Positions 11,731-25,295 of a stretch of DNA of 64,000 bases are shown in pieces. Each line of letters starts with the position of its first letter. Position 1 is the stretch's first letter. The notes under the pieces were generated by a model. That model did not search any database, was not told the origin of the DNA, and saw nothing but the letters and a program-made list of their open reading frames with translations. The DNA is from Owenia fusiformis (Eukaryota), in assembly GCA_903813345.2 (NCBI GenBank), contig CAIIXF020000001.1:124001-188000 (forward strand), read 5' to 3'. The translations under genes and the position numbers were made by a program.

Positions 11731-14700
11731 AAAGTATTACTTATAAGGGCAGGTGATATTCATACTAACCCAGGTCCACTGAGTAGAAATGTGGTGCATT
11801 TTGATCATTTGAACGTTTTATTCAGCAATATAAACAGTATCGGCTCTGATAACGGTGCTCGTTTTGACATACTCACCCAAAGAATAGAACTAGATCAGAT
11901 TAAAGTTGCTGGAATCTGTGAAGCTGGGTACCATGATCAAGATTTTATGAATTACAAAATATCTAATTTTCACATGCCAGTGTATTCCAATAAGGGAAGG
12001 GGTATACTTATTTATATCCATGAGTCTTTGAGATTTTCTGACAGGAGTGATATTGAAGTTGATGGCCTAGACATTGCTTTTGTGGAAATTGTAGTAAATC
12101 ACAAGAAAATTTTAAATGGAGTTGGTCATCGTTCTCCTAGCCAAAGCGCAGATGAAACGAGAATCTTCTTCAATAAACTTAGACAGGCCCTTAATAAAAT
12201 TGAGAATCAGTCATTCGATAGTGTTTTGATTACTGCTGATACTAATGCTAAGAATAGTATCTGGTATGCCGAAGGTACGTCAATAGATAATCTGGCTGGT
12301 GACCTTCTTTTTAATGTCACTCAAGATTTCAACTATTTGCAGCTAATTGACCAACCAACACGCATAAAAGATAACTCTAAAACTTGCATAGATCATGTTT
12401 TTACAAATACTCCCCTAGCTGTGTCTGCAGCTGTAGTTGACTCTCCAATAGGTGGCTCTGACCATTGCACCATAATTGTTAAACTTAATGTTAAAATTCC
12501 CAAGGAACCAGCTATTAAATGAACTGTTTGGAAATATGACCAGGTTAACCTTCAAGCAATAAATAACGCAGTTAGAGAACAAGACTGGAATGGAATTTTA
12601 GAAAATGACATTGATTCAAATACTTTAACCGAACAATTTATCTATGCCCTCAAGACAATATATTCGACCTTTATCCCTCATAAAACAATAACTGTTAAGG
12701 CCAACTCCCAACCATGGTTTACGGACAAAATAAAGCACGAAATTAACAAAAAGAAAAAATTTTGAAAAATATACTACCAAGACTAGAATTTTAAATGAAC
12801 AGATACAGCTTGCTAAGAGTGAATATGAAACCAAATGTAAAGAATCCATTACTGAACTCTCCAAAAACTCAAAACAATATTGGTCTATAACCAAGAAATT
12901 ATTAGGTATAAACTCCTCTCAAACCATCATTCCCACCCTCTATGACCAGCCCAAAGGTAAAACTTCATCTAGCTGTAAAGATAAGGCAAATGCTTTTTTA
13001 GAACATTTTTCAAGTAAATACCATTCAGATAACTCGTTTTTGGATACTACCCTACCTCAACGCTGTCATAATATAAAATTGATAACCTTAGAACCTCCCA
13101 AGAAGAGGTTATGAAAATAATTCTCAAACTTGATCCAAATAAAGCTTGTGGCCCTGATGAGATCACAATTAAAATGTTACAATTGACTGCTCATACTATA
13201 TCTCTACCACTTTCTAAGCTCATTAACAAACATATTCTCCATGAAACCTTCCCCGACATATGGAAAATGGGCAGTATCTGCCCTATATTTAAAAATAAAG
13301 GAGATAAAACTGACATTGGGAATTATCGACCCATTACTCTTCTAAATATTTTATCAAAGGTCTTTGAACGTGTTGTGGCAACAAGACTAAATGCCCACCT
13401 TAAAGCTAATAATTTAATATTTGAATTCCAATCTGGGTTTCTTGAAGGGCATAACACTGAATTCCAGCTACTTGGAATAAATCACTTTCTTCATTCAAAT
13501 ATCAAAGATCATAAATCCGGACGTGCAATATATTTAGACATTAGCTCTGCATTTGATCGTGTTCCTCATAAGCTGATGCTTGCAAAACTGAAAGCATATG
13601 GCATTGAAGGCCAATTTTATCAAATTCTCCTATCATATTTGTCAAATCGTAGTCAACGTAAATGTAGGTGGTCAATCATCGGATACTTCTTCTGCAAACT
13701 ATATCAACTGCGGCGTCCCTCAGGGATCTATCCTAGGTCCAATTTTATTTTTGATTTATATAAATGACTTACCCGATGATCTTTTGGGAAAGACATTTAT
13801 CTACGCTGATGACACATCACTATATTACCCCTTTGATCCATCTGATCCTGACATGCATACTATCAATCATGATCTTAATATCATAACTAACTGGTCTCAA
13901 AAATGGAAACTAGATTTCAAGCCTGAAAAAACAGAGGAAGTTATCTTTCAAAGCCAGCGCTGTGTATTTCCTACTCCGCCACCTTTAGCCAAACTTGGAA
14001 ATGGGGAAATAAAAAGGAATAATCTTCATAAGCATCTAGGGTATACTTTGGATTATCTTCTTTCTAACAAAAATCATATATATGACATTGTCAAGAGAGT
14101 ACAAAAACTGATTAATCCATTGAAAGCACTTACATCAAAAATTAACTCGAAACATTTGGAGACAATGTACAACTCATTCATAGGGCTCATTTTGACTACG
14201 CAGACGTTCTTTATCATTCATCAACTCAAGTACTGATCAATATCCCTAGCAAGTTACATTAGCAGGCTGCATTATTGTGTTCTGGGTGTCTCCATGGCTC
14301 TGATACAGGTAAAGTTATGGGGGTCTTAAACTGGTGCACACTATCCCAAAGGAGGGAACAACACATTCTTAACTTCATGTACAAAGTAATCAGAAACCAG
14401 GTACCCTCCTATGTATCTTCAATATTTGAAGAATTCAAAAATCCGTATACCAAATTCCTATAAGGTCAACTGCCCAATTTATTAAATCCCCTATTCCTAA
14501 TGCAATATCACTGTGGAACAAATTACTAAAACCTCTTTTAGAATATGCCTTAAAATTTTCCCTACCAGCGTTCAAAAAAGAAAGTAATAAACACTATCTG
14601 CCCAAGTTCAACGTCCCTGATTAATTTAACAAGGTCTCAAGAAATCACTCTTAACAGAGCTCGTGTTGACTTATTTTTGAAAGCAAGACTTTTTGCACAC

Positions 14701-15205
14701 CAATTTACTTTTATAGATTCGGCTCATTGTTCTTGCGGCAAACCTGAAACACTAAAACATTTATTTTTCAAGTGTCCTCTATGCCAAATTAATAGGCATG
14801 CCCTGATGGAAGAGGTCAACAATAATTTTTATAATAAGATCAGTCAACTAACAAACATGGATGATAAACTTAATTTTCTCTTATATGGTGACGAGACATT
14901 ATCCTTAGCAGAACTAAGTAAACTTTTTATCATCGATCGTCAGCAATTTTCTCCATGACAATAAGACATAGCATAAAGGTCTCATCTAAGCCCTGGAGAA
15001 CTCATAATGTATTTATCTTGTTTTCTACACATCTACTTGGCACAAACCCCTCTGTTCCCTGGGATACCCTTCGATGCACAGTCGTCCTCAAACAGCTAAA
15101 TACTATACTTAATTTTTTACGATGTAAGTGATGGCCAACCTATAATGCCACTATGGCGATTGGTGGCCGAAAATGTATTGACTTTACTTCAATAAAGTTT
15201 ATTAA
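11731..15205 (+). mobile_element. Decayed CR1-group LINE (2A-like motif, APE, RT, zinc motif, 3' UTR)
   Basis: GDIHTNPGP, NINS, DTNAK, GSDHC; then KACGPDEI, NYRPITLL, GVPQGSILGP, YADD, CSCGKPETLKHLFFKCP; AATAAA at 15191. Several stops and frameshifts. Confidence 0.88.
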
Positions 15206-17249
15206 CGTATACATAAAAATATTGGGTGAGACTTGAGATAATGTATGCGGCGCCAGTCAAAATTGAAACTTCTGATTGGGTTCGAAGCCGAGATGCCCGG
15301 ATATGTCCCAGCAAAAGCCGGAATTCACGTGATTTTTCACGAAGAAGGGGCGGAGTTTAAGCGAGATTCATCGAGACTTCTTCGTGTCAATCGTGTCAAT
15401 CCCTGCATTGCTTATTGTTAACTCCACCTTTTTGCCCATATATGGAGCTGGAGATGCCACTTGCGAGCGTGAACAGTTCAGTCTAGAAATAGAAATTTCT
15501 TAAGCGATGTCTTTCTTCAATTTTTCTACACGATATCTCGATAAATAGTGGACATATTTGTACCATTCTTTCGTCAAAATGAGGGTATCGCTGGAATACA
15601 TATTTCCAATCTGTTGGTCAATAGATTTATTCATTGATACTGGCAGGAATTAGATCGTAATAAACATGCTAAAATTGTAAAACTTGGAACGTTTGACAGT
15701 AATCTCCGAGTAATGTATGAAAGCAGGAGAAAAGATGGGACAGTCTGTTGTGTGGAGTTTGCAAAGCAATCCCGGATATAAATGACGTCATCTTAGCAGT
15801 TTACATGGTTTCGAAAGTGATATATTTTTGTGTCGTAGTGATGAGTTTGAATTATGTCGATTATTCGATTGTTATATATAAATAAACATCGATCTTCGGC
15901 GAAGATAAAGTAAGAACAACATATATATCCGAGAAACATGTTGGTAAGTACAGTATTTCATTTATAATGGCAGAAAATCAAATTGAATCGAAATCGAATT
16001 TTCAACTTTTTCAATTTTTTTTCGTTCGATTATTTTGATTTTCAATTTGATTTTTACATTCTATCTTCTTCGTCCTGCGGGACTATACTAGGCATAGGCC
16101 CGGAACATGTATAACCTGAGTCATAGAACATGCTGTAAGCTTTATTTCTTTACATTTTTACGGGCCTATGCCTGGGCTATGACTCTAGGCCTAGACTACT
16201 AGATCTATAGGACTTAGACTAGCCTAAAGCTAGAGCCTTAGATCTAGCTCTTTCAGAGGCTGTGACTGATATGTTAGAACAGCCTTTAGAGCCCCCTATC
16301 AACCGCTTCAAAATTGTGTTAGTGTCCTCCTTGCGAAAATCGAAAAAAATTAAAAGGTGCTTCTGTGCCGAACAGCAAATTCTCATTATACATTGAGAAG
16401 CTACTCTTTACCAAGAAACCAAAAATGGAAGTTTTGACGGAAAGACATGACGTACAAGTCAAAATCTCTGAATCTTGCTAGGTACATGACAGATAAAGAG
16501 AATTTAAATCCTGATCGGCAAAAAAGCCGCTAATAACTTACATATTTTCTCAACAAAAAGCACTGATGTAGCTCACATTGGGAGATAGTAGTAAGCACTT
16601 GAAGTTGATTTCAGTAGATCAGTTACACCTGTCATGATTTCAAGGAAAGACACAAAGTATCCGTCAAAAGAGAAAAGCTTACATAAATGCGAGCAAAATC
16701 TGCAGATTTATTATAGCTATTGACTTCTCGAATATGTTGAACGCACAACTCTAAACAATACTTGAAATTGAATAAAATTGACAAAATATGAGAAGACAGT
16801 CTAAAACCTAACTGGGAGAGCTGCCATTGTTTGCCCGGAAATCTTCAGAGATTTTGACTGGTACTTTGTGTCTTTCCATCAAAATTGCCATTTTGGTTTC
16901 TCGCTGGGTAATTCACAGATGAAGAGAAATCTTGATTGACAAAAATACAGCTGATAGCTAACAGCTTTTCTTAAACAGAAGATAAAGGAAGATATAAAGG
17001 AACCTGTTATGATTTTGAAGCGGGTGATAGCCGATAGGGGGCATGTTAAGGCTGTAAGTAGAGGGTGTAGCCGAATAAATCTAACCCAAATAGAGTTTAA
17101 CACATCTCAGTATAGGCAAAATTAAAATTCATTAAAGTTTCATCACTTTAGCATGTGTACATTTGCTGGCCTTCTAATATTTTGCCAATAGATTTGTTAG
17201 GCTTGATTGCAAATTCTTATGAAATATAAGAGTGTATGGTTTCAATGTA

Positions 17250-17544
17250 CTGTACTCCCGATATTTTTCGCGTGCAATTTAGTTTCGTGCTTTTCGCGAT
17301 TGTGTAAAAATCACGAAAATTAATAGTCGCGAATATCGCCAATTAAAGGCTGAGGTGCAACATGCCATTGACTAAGATCTAGAGATTGTAAATCTTATCC
17401 AAAGTATATGATATTGGGTAGGTGTAATTACTGTAGATAAGATAAGTTAATTTTGAGGATTCAGAGAATAATGGAAGATGGCCGCAAAATTGGTATTTCT
17501 CAAAATTCATGAAATTTAAACTCGCAAATTAACCGGTAGTACAG
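17250..17544. mobile_element. Tc1/mariner-type MITE with TA target duplication
   Basis: TA|ctgtactcccg ... ccggtagtacag|TA. A related decayed copy lies at about 19202-19402. Confidence 0.6.
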
Positions 17545-20500
17545 TATTTGCATGTGGAATAATTATGATATTGAGAGCATTGATGAAACAAATGCAATGA
17601 ACTGATTTGATTGGCCAAGGGAGCATTGGAATTTTGACCTGAAGTTCACATGATTGTTGCTATAGGCCTTATGATTTTTTGGAATTCCAGTAATACTATT
17701 AATGTCTATTATACTTATACAGTAAAACCTGTCTTATCCAAATGCCACCGCTACAAATTAAAAACATTCAGATTTAAACGTCTGATTTCGAGGTTTTTGC
17801 ATCCGAAAGATTCTTGATTTTGAAAAAATATTAATGCATTTTCACTTAATATTACTAGCATTGTAGGCGTTATGATTTTTTGGAATTCCAGTAATACTAT
17901 TATACTTATACAGTAATATCTGTCTAATACTTATACAGTAATATCTGTCTACTCCAAATGCCACCATGACCAGTTAAAACACCATGACCAGTTAAAAAAA
18001 ACATTCAGATGTGAAGGTGATCGGATTTCGAGGATTTTGCATTCGCAAGATTCTGCATTTTAAAAATATAAATGCATTTTCACTAAAAAGTATTAAGATT
18101 ACTTTTGACCGCATAGCTTTATGACATTCCAAAATCCAAATCGAATGCTTGAAAGGTAAAACAGAAGTGTGCAATCAGAGATGATAGATACTATTGCATG
18201 AGTATTTGAAGGCCATGTGTCAACTCTTTGATTGATAATACGCCTCGAAATAAACACCCACTGGCTTGGGAAAGCTATTTTCCCTCTTAATAAATGCCTG
18301 TCCCCTTGGAAAAATGTTTTCAATTTCCCTCTTAGTCTTAATAAAAGCCATTGGCATTTATTTTGAGTTCTTTCTAATAAAGGCCCTGTGCAAAATAAAT
18401 GCTCAGTGGGCCTATATGTTCGTTGAATTTAAAATTTCCCCTTCTACTCAATTTTTATAAATGTTTTATGCATCAGTATGTTGCATTTGGAGACACAAAT
18501 AAACTCTTAAAAGGAAAATATTTTCTCTTTAGTATGTTAACTTTGTCTACAAATGCAACATATTAATGTGAAAACATTATAAAAAAAATGGAAGGAACTG
18601 AAAATCAGGAAAACATTTTTGAAAAAAAATGTTGATGGGGTCTTTGCACCTTCCCTGTCTCAATCTCCAATTTTTTTTATCATCTGTATGAGTACTTTTC
18701 CTTTAGATAATGCATTGGCCTAACATACACACCTTACATTTTCAGAAAATTTCTGCAATTCAACATATGACCGTCTAAATTCTGTTGCGAAACCTTTAGT
18801 ATTCTTTCAAGAAATTTCCTGCTTACATGAAAGTCTTTTACAGTTTTACATTCTGTTTTTTTTTTAATGTAACATAATGGCTGATACCAATATTGTTCAA
18901 AGTTGTGTATGTTTACACTATGGAACTAATCATTCTTTGAATTGAGTTCGATTCCTGAACAACTGGATATTTGACTAAACATTCCTTGGATTTGATTTGG
19001 TTTGATGAAGAGAAATCTTGACTGACAAAAATGCAGCTGATAACTAACAGATTTTCCCATACAGAAAATATAAAAAAATTTAAAGTGAGCACTTGATTTC
19101 AATAGTTTAGTTTCACCTATGCTTTTGAAGCAGGTGATAGCTGATAGGTGTCATGTAAAGGCTTTAAGTACATGGTATAGCAATAATTAAAGGTAAGAAG
19201 GTACTGTTTCATTCATATTTCTTGGTTTTAAAAACATTTAATCAAATAAGCTGGAAATTTTTTTGAGAAATGATATGATGGTGAAAGAAATAGATACAAA
19301 ATTATAAAAAATTTATAATTAGCGAAAATTGATATCCGCAAAATTTCAAAATTGCAAAATTGTGAAAGATAACAGCATCAAATATTAGTGGCAGTACAGT
19401 ATTTGCATGTGAAATAATTATGATATATTAATATAATAATATAATAATTGATGAAACAATTGCAATGAACTGTTTTGATTAGCCAAGGCCAGAGCATTGG
19501 AATTTGAACTAAAGTTGAGTATAATGTTATTGTATAAATTAAAAAAATAATTATAGAGACTTCTTACAAAGTTGATCTTCATTTCAAATAGCTGAGAATA
19601 TTTCCCAAAATAGATTGACTAGGCCTTCAGATTTTTTTAATTTCAGTATTACTATTACTCATACAGTAAAACCTGTCTAATCCAAATGCCACTGTGCAGT
19701 TAAAAACATTCAGATTGGGAGGTGTTCGTTATCACAATAGATTATAATTATATCATTGATAATTTAGAGTTTATTCAAAGATGGCAGCAGCATTCTCAGA
19801 ACAAAACAATCAGAATCTCATTAATCTTTTGTTCACGTTAGTTATTTAAACTTTAGTTATTTAAACTTTATATTCATATATAGATGGCAGTTCTTAAATA
19901 TATGATAGACACCAATAATTCAACATCATAATTTAACCTTTTCCATTAAATATACCCTGTATCAAGCACAGAAACGTATTTACACCCTTTACTAAAATGG
20001 CAACCCCTGTATCACGCACTTGTACTATAAAAAAAAAATCAATTCATCCAACTGATGAAAACAAAAAATGCTATCCTCCTAAAGAAGTTATCACTATTAA
20101 TTATTGAAGCAGCCAATATTAAACTATTGTAAACATACTATGTACACAATGGGCCAGAGGCCTTATATGAAATAAAATCTTATTATTATTATTAATAAAC
20201 ATGATCCTTTAAAGTGAGTCATGATCCTTTAAAGTGAGTCATAACATAAACAAGTTGATTATTTCAAAGTGTTAATGATCAGTATAAGTTCAATGAACTT
20301 ACAAAAGGTATATATATATGTAGATGATAAACGTATACAGTTGGATCTCCGTATAAAGCTTTACCTACATGTGTGTGGAACAACTGACCGCAAGCATTTT
20401 TTAAATTAATTGGCTGAGTAGGAACAGTATCCAATCACATACTTTAACCATCAATTTGAAACACCAATCAAACCAGTAGGTTCTAGCAATTCCCGGAAAC

Positions 20501-21535
20501 GACCCATTCAGTAGCTCGACAAATGACATACAGGGTGTTTCATAACGAGCATCTCCAAAAAGTAAATTTGAGAAGAGATAGGTCTATAACATATGTACTA
20601 TATATGAGCCTATTTTATTCTAGACCAACACATTTGGATCAACTAAACATGCTACAATTCAAGAAAGTACAAATAGCATCCCTTTGACCTTTATTTATTA
20701 CAGTCCGAGAAGATCTTTCCTGACGAAAAGCCCACAATTTGAAACACCTTGTACGTTTACTTATAAATACGTTATAAGTTGTACTTTCACGCCATGCGAA
20801 ATCTCTCTAATAAGGCAAAATGCTGCGAAATCAAATCATTGCTGTAGTGAACACCTACCGACAGTGAACATTTTTTCTTGGCAAAAAATTGTTCACTATA
20901 CGCAGGTTTTACTGTATATGTCAGCATTAAACTCTTACTGTTTTTGAGAAATTCAATGTATCATTTTTCAACTTGTTTAAAGGACAATGCTCGGTTTGGG
21001 GAATGAAGTTCATCAGCTTATTTCAACGTTATCAATTTCGCCAACAATTTTGATTTTTTACATAGTGTATTATTAAGACAGATGGCTATTGACGACGGCG
21101 GCAGTTCGCTAATATTTGTTTTATGAAAGAAATTTTGTTTTGTGATTGAAAATTGTTTAAAAGTAAATTAGTAACTTAACTCATGTAATTTGCACAAAGG
21201 AGTTTTTCTGTACAAAGTAAATCCTTTCTGAACATAATGCGGTTACAATTCAATAAGTGACCATGGGGCTGTGAGTCCTTTATTATTATCATAAAATAAT
21301 GTAGTACATGATTTTGTAACAATACTGGGGCTGAGACTGAAAAAATACTGGGTTCGGCTCCCGCCCACCCAATATTTATTTCTTATAGGTATTCTGCCGT
21401 ATCCAGCTTCTGATCATCCAGTATTTGTTTTATTATGCACCTTTTCAAGCGATCTTTTGAGTGTACTGTTACATTCACGGATCCATAACCAGATCCAGTC
21501 CATTTGTGGTCATGGTGGTAGGCTCAATTAATAAT

Positions 21536-22231
21536 AGAGAGGTTAAGCAAGACAATTTTTTATGACGCGAACCGCAAATGTATGAACAAAAGTGCTTGAA
21601 GCTGAACACTTTAGAAAACGCAAACCTCAAAATGATTTTTTTTCTTTTCCAAGCGGCCTTTCATTTTATTTTGTTCTTTAAAAGTATAAAAAATATTACT
21701 TTTTGACAAATTGATGAAAGTGTTTAACAGAGGAGATGTTTCACAGCTTGGCAGTGTTCTATGGCATCTTGAATCTTACAAAATACAACAGGACGCAGTA
21801 ATATCTTTAATGTCTTTAAAGCATTCATAATTTTATTACTATGGTGTCACAATATGTATAGTAGAATTAAGATGAGTTGACATGTGGGGGATTGCCATGC
21901 ATGTAATCTCATCAGATTTTACATATGAAATGGGTGCCTCAATATTCAAGCTATATTTGATTAGATTGGACACAAATGATCTCGATATATACACAGATTT
22001 GTGTTAAACATATTCATGCATTCGACCTATATCATATTTATCTCGATCGACCTTGATAAAGTACTAAAAATCCTTTACAGAACGACCTACCTAGACTTTG
22101 ATTTTTCACGTTTGGATGTACGTAAACCGGGAAATAAGTAAAACAATATGAAGCCACATCCTGAGAAAAACCTGCGTGCGCCTTCCCGTTCTCGGTTTAT
22201 GTCGTAAAAAGTAGTGTTGCTTAACCTCTCT
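21536..22231. mobile_element. Non-autonomous TIR element (PIF/Harbinger-like)
   Basis: TIR agagaggttaagcaa...ttgcttaacctctct flanked by a 3-bp AAT duplication. Confidence 0.75.
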
Positions 22232-22739
22232 AATGTTTGTGTCACATCACAACAAACAGGCAATGGTGTTGGTAACCCCGGGTGTTACGACATTAATTGG
22301 AGTGACATCATATTCTCAGAATAGACATATGATTTTGGGAATAGACAGCATGATCACCAGATATTGCCAAAGGGAACATTATATTTCCGCATTTTATATA
22401 GCGTTTCGCTGTTGTATTGCACACAAGTTCTGACTAATAATGTTTGAAATGATTAGGTACACCTTTCTCTTTTGTTTGACACGTATGGCATTCATTTTAA
22501 TTAATACTCAAGTTATAGTGAAATGAGATTCTTAAGTTGAATTCTTCAAAAAATATTGAACTGTCTCCTGACCAATATTTTCTCAAAGGGTCAGATATTA
22601 AAAAATATTCCGCAGATTTCAGAAAAGGACAGAGTAATAAAATGCATTATTGGTCCCTAATATTTGATTTGTACATGTTGCGATCATCGAGTGGACATGA
22701 TCAATTGAGACCTTCACTGTGCCCTGATGTGACTCCTTG

Positions 22740-24006
22740 ACTATAGGTCAAAGGTCAAATCTAAAGTCAGATTTGAACTTCTGAGAACTTTTAAAGTCAA
22801 ATTTGAACTTCTGAAAAGATGTAGATGATTTTGAAAAAAACATTTGGTCAATTTGAAGCAAGTTGAAAACAGACCTTTTTGACCTTTTTTGACCTTGAGA
22901 AGGTCATTAAAGGTCAAATGTCAAATATAAAGTCAGATTTGAATTTCTGAGAACATGTAGATGATTTTGAAAAAAAATTAGTCAATTTGAAGCAAGTTGA
23001 AAAAAGACCTTTTTGACCTTTTTTGACCTTGAGAAGGTCATTGAAGGTCAAATGTCAAATCTAAAGTCAAATCTAAAGTCATATTTGAATTTCTGAGAAC
23101 ATGTAGATGATTTTGAAAAAAAATTTAGTCAATTTGAAGCAAGATGAAAAAAGACCTTTTTGACCTTTTTTGACATTGAGAAGGTCATTGAAGGTCAAAT
23201 GTCAAATCTAAAGTCAGATTTGAATTTCTGAGAACATGTAGATGATTTTGAAAAAAAAATGTAGTCAATTTGAAGCAAGTTGAAAAAAGACCTTTTTGAC
23301 CTTTTTTGAAAAGGTCATTGAAGGTCAAATGTCAAATCTTAAGTCAAATCTAAAGTCAGATTTGAATTTCTGAGAACACGTAGATGATTTTGAATTTTTT
23401 TTTTAGTTTAGTCAATTTGAAGCAAGTTGAAAACAGACCTTTTTGACCTTTTTTGACCTTAAGAAGGTCATTGAAGGTCAAATCTCAAATCTTAAGTCAA
23501 ATCTTAAGACAGATTTGAATTTCTGAGAACACGTAGATGATTTTGAAAAAAAAATTTAGTCAATTTAGAGCAAGTTGAAAACAGACCTTTTTGACCTTTT
23601 TTGACCTTGAGAAGGTCATTGAAGGTCAAATGTCAAATCTAAAGTCAGATTTGAAGGTCAAATGTCAAATCTAAAGTCAGATTTGAATTTCTGAGAACAT
23701 GTAGATGATTTTGAAAAAGATTTTAGTCAATGTGAAGCAAGTTCAAAAAAGACCTTTTTGACCTTGAGAAGGTCATTGAAGGTCAAATGTCAAATCTAAA
23801 GTCAGATTTGAACTTCTGAGAACATGTAGATGATTTGGAAAAAAATTGAAGTCAATCTAAACAGTATTTGTTAAGTTATAGGAAGTTGTAAGAAATTGTT
23901 AGACGCCAGACGCCAGACGCCGGACGCCAACCTCCAACCACCAACCGCCGTTGCAAAAAACGGAGACCATAACAATATGTCACCACTTTTGGTGGTGACA
24001 TAAAAA
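22740..24006 (+). mobile_element. Helentron-associated (HINE/pearl-like) element with about 135-150-bp tandem array
   Basis: About 7-8 units rich in gaaggtca/tgacctt, then an (agacgcc)n run and a terminal hairpin tatgtcaccacttttggtggtgacata at 23976-24002. Inverted partial copy at 29074-29452 and a fragment near 28015-28170. Confidence 0.7.
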
Positions 24007-24628
24007 TTATGTTTATTTTAAGATTTGCCAAAAGGGTAATTATACCCACAGTCGACAACATTAGAGACGACTTAGATCTGCCTCTAAGGCACACGGCCTC
24101 ACTCGCTCGGCAACTCAGAGAAATGTCTTACTTTTGTTTTTCTGCGCACAATTTGTGAGCTTCTACTTCCAGAAATGATCAATGATTTATTTGCGCTAAA
24201 ATCACCCCTAAATAGTCACCAATGAATACAATTCCTGTAAGATACGTCTTAAGAATGAATTGAAGCATATTTTAAGCCCAAATATGTGTAAATATAGTGA
24301 TCGTATCAAGTGTGGTTGGCGATCAAAAAATATTTCGAAAAATCAAGACAGGTTTTTTATGAATGTTTTCGATGTTTGAAGTAGAACAGAATTTATTTTT
24401 TCACAGAAAGATAGCAACAAGCCCAATGATTCAGAATAACTTGAACACCTCGCGAAAAATAGATGCATGTGAAATATAAGTGTTATACAGTAACCAGAAT
24501 TCTGATTCTTGTGAATATTTCTCTTACAAATGAAAATCAGAGTGGTAGATATTTTATGTTACATAATTTTTCACGAATGATTACCTGGCTTAACAATCAA
24601 ATGAATAAAGTTTGAAAACTTCACTTAC

Positions 24629-24826
24629 AGCAAATTTTAGTCCCTTTTGTATATCTCCGCTTAAATTTATATTACTAAGTTCTATTCCACCGCCATCTCT
24701 GGAATTCATTCTCACAAATCTCTGCTTCCCTGTGGCCTTATCGACAGTTTGTGCATAGTCAGACATTTTACTACATATTGTTTCTATTGTTTCTGTGATG
24801 TGGGTTTCTGATCTGGCCAATGGGAC
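24629..24826 (-). CDS. CNPY2: Canopy-2-like protein, coding exon 3 (VPLARSETHITETIETICSKM...GLKFA)
   Basis: ttcAG acceptor, GTAAGT donor, 198 nt, phase 0-0. Matches CNPY2 VPYARSEAHLTELLEEICDRM...TLKFA. Confidence 0.93.
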
Positions 24827-24836
24827 CTGAAATAAG

Positions 24837-25295
24837 GAACAAGACACAGAGTGAACAGAATCGCACCTTGAATAAAATAGTTTTCAGGATGGCTGCCCTA
24901 ACATTTACCCAGACTGCCCAAAAACTAACCAGTTCTAAACTTTCATATGTAGAAATATTCCTAAAATTTCAAATGAATCGCTGAAACGGTTTGGCTGGAA
25001 ACCTGTAGACAAGCCTCGACAAACAAGACTTTAGGATTGAAAATCCAAAAGGGTGGCCTTGACATTTACCAAGAATGCTCAAAAACTGATCAGTTCTAGG
25101 CTTTCAGAGGTAGAAATATCCCTCAAAATTCCAGATGAATCCATGGAACGGTTTGGCTGAAAACCTATATACAAGCCTCGACGGACAAGATTTTAGGATG
25201 GAAAATCAAAAATGGCCACGTTTACATTTACCCAGAATGTTGAACGAGACAGAGTGAACAGGATCACACCCTTGAATAGAATAGTTTTCAGGACA
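24837..25295. repeat. About 160-bp diverged tandem repeat (2-3 copies) bracketed by a about 50-bp direct repeat
   Basis: acattta...aaaaact...cagttcta...acaagcctcgac recurs; gaacaagacacagagtgaacag at 24837 is echoed at 25242. Confidence 0.6.

Noticed and set aside
10099-12522. Novel single protein with RT followed by endonuclease as a new retroelement architecture
   Set aside because: Each half has its own partner domain (APE upstream at 8551, RT downstream at 13111), so two fused elements explain it. Kept as a chimera finding instead.
15253-16862. Possible TIR pair ccagtcaaaat/attttgactgg
   Set aside because: Only 11 bp match, no target duplication, and a conflicting inverted repeat at 16290/17040. 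Boundaries are unresolved.
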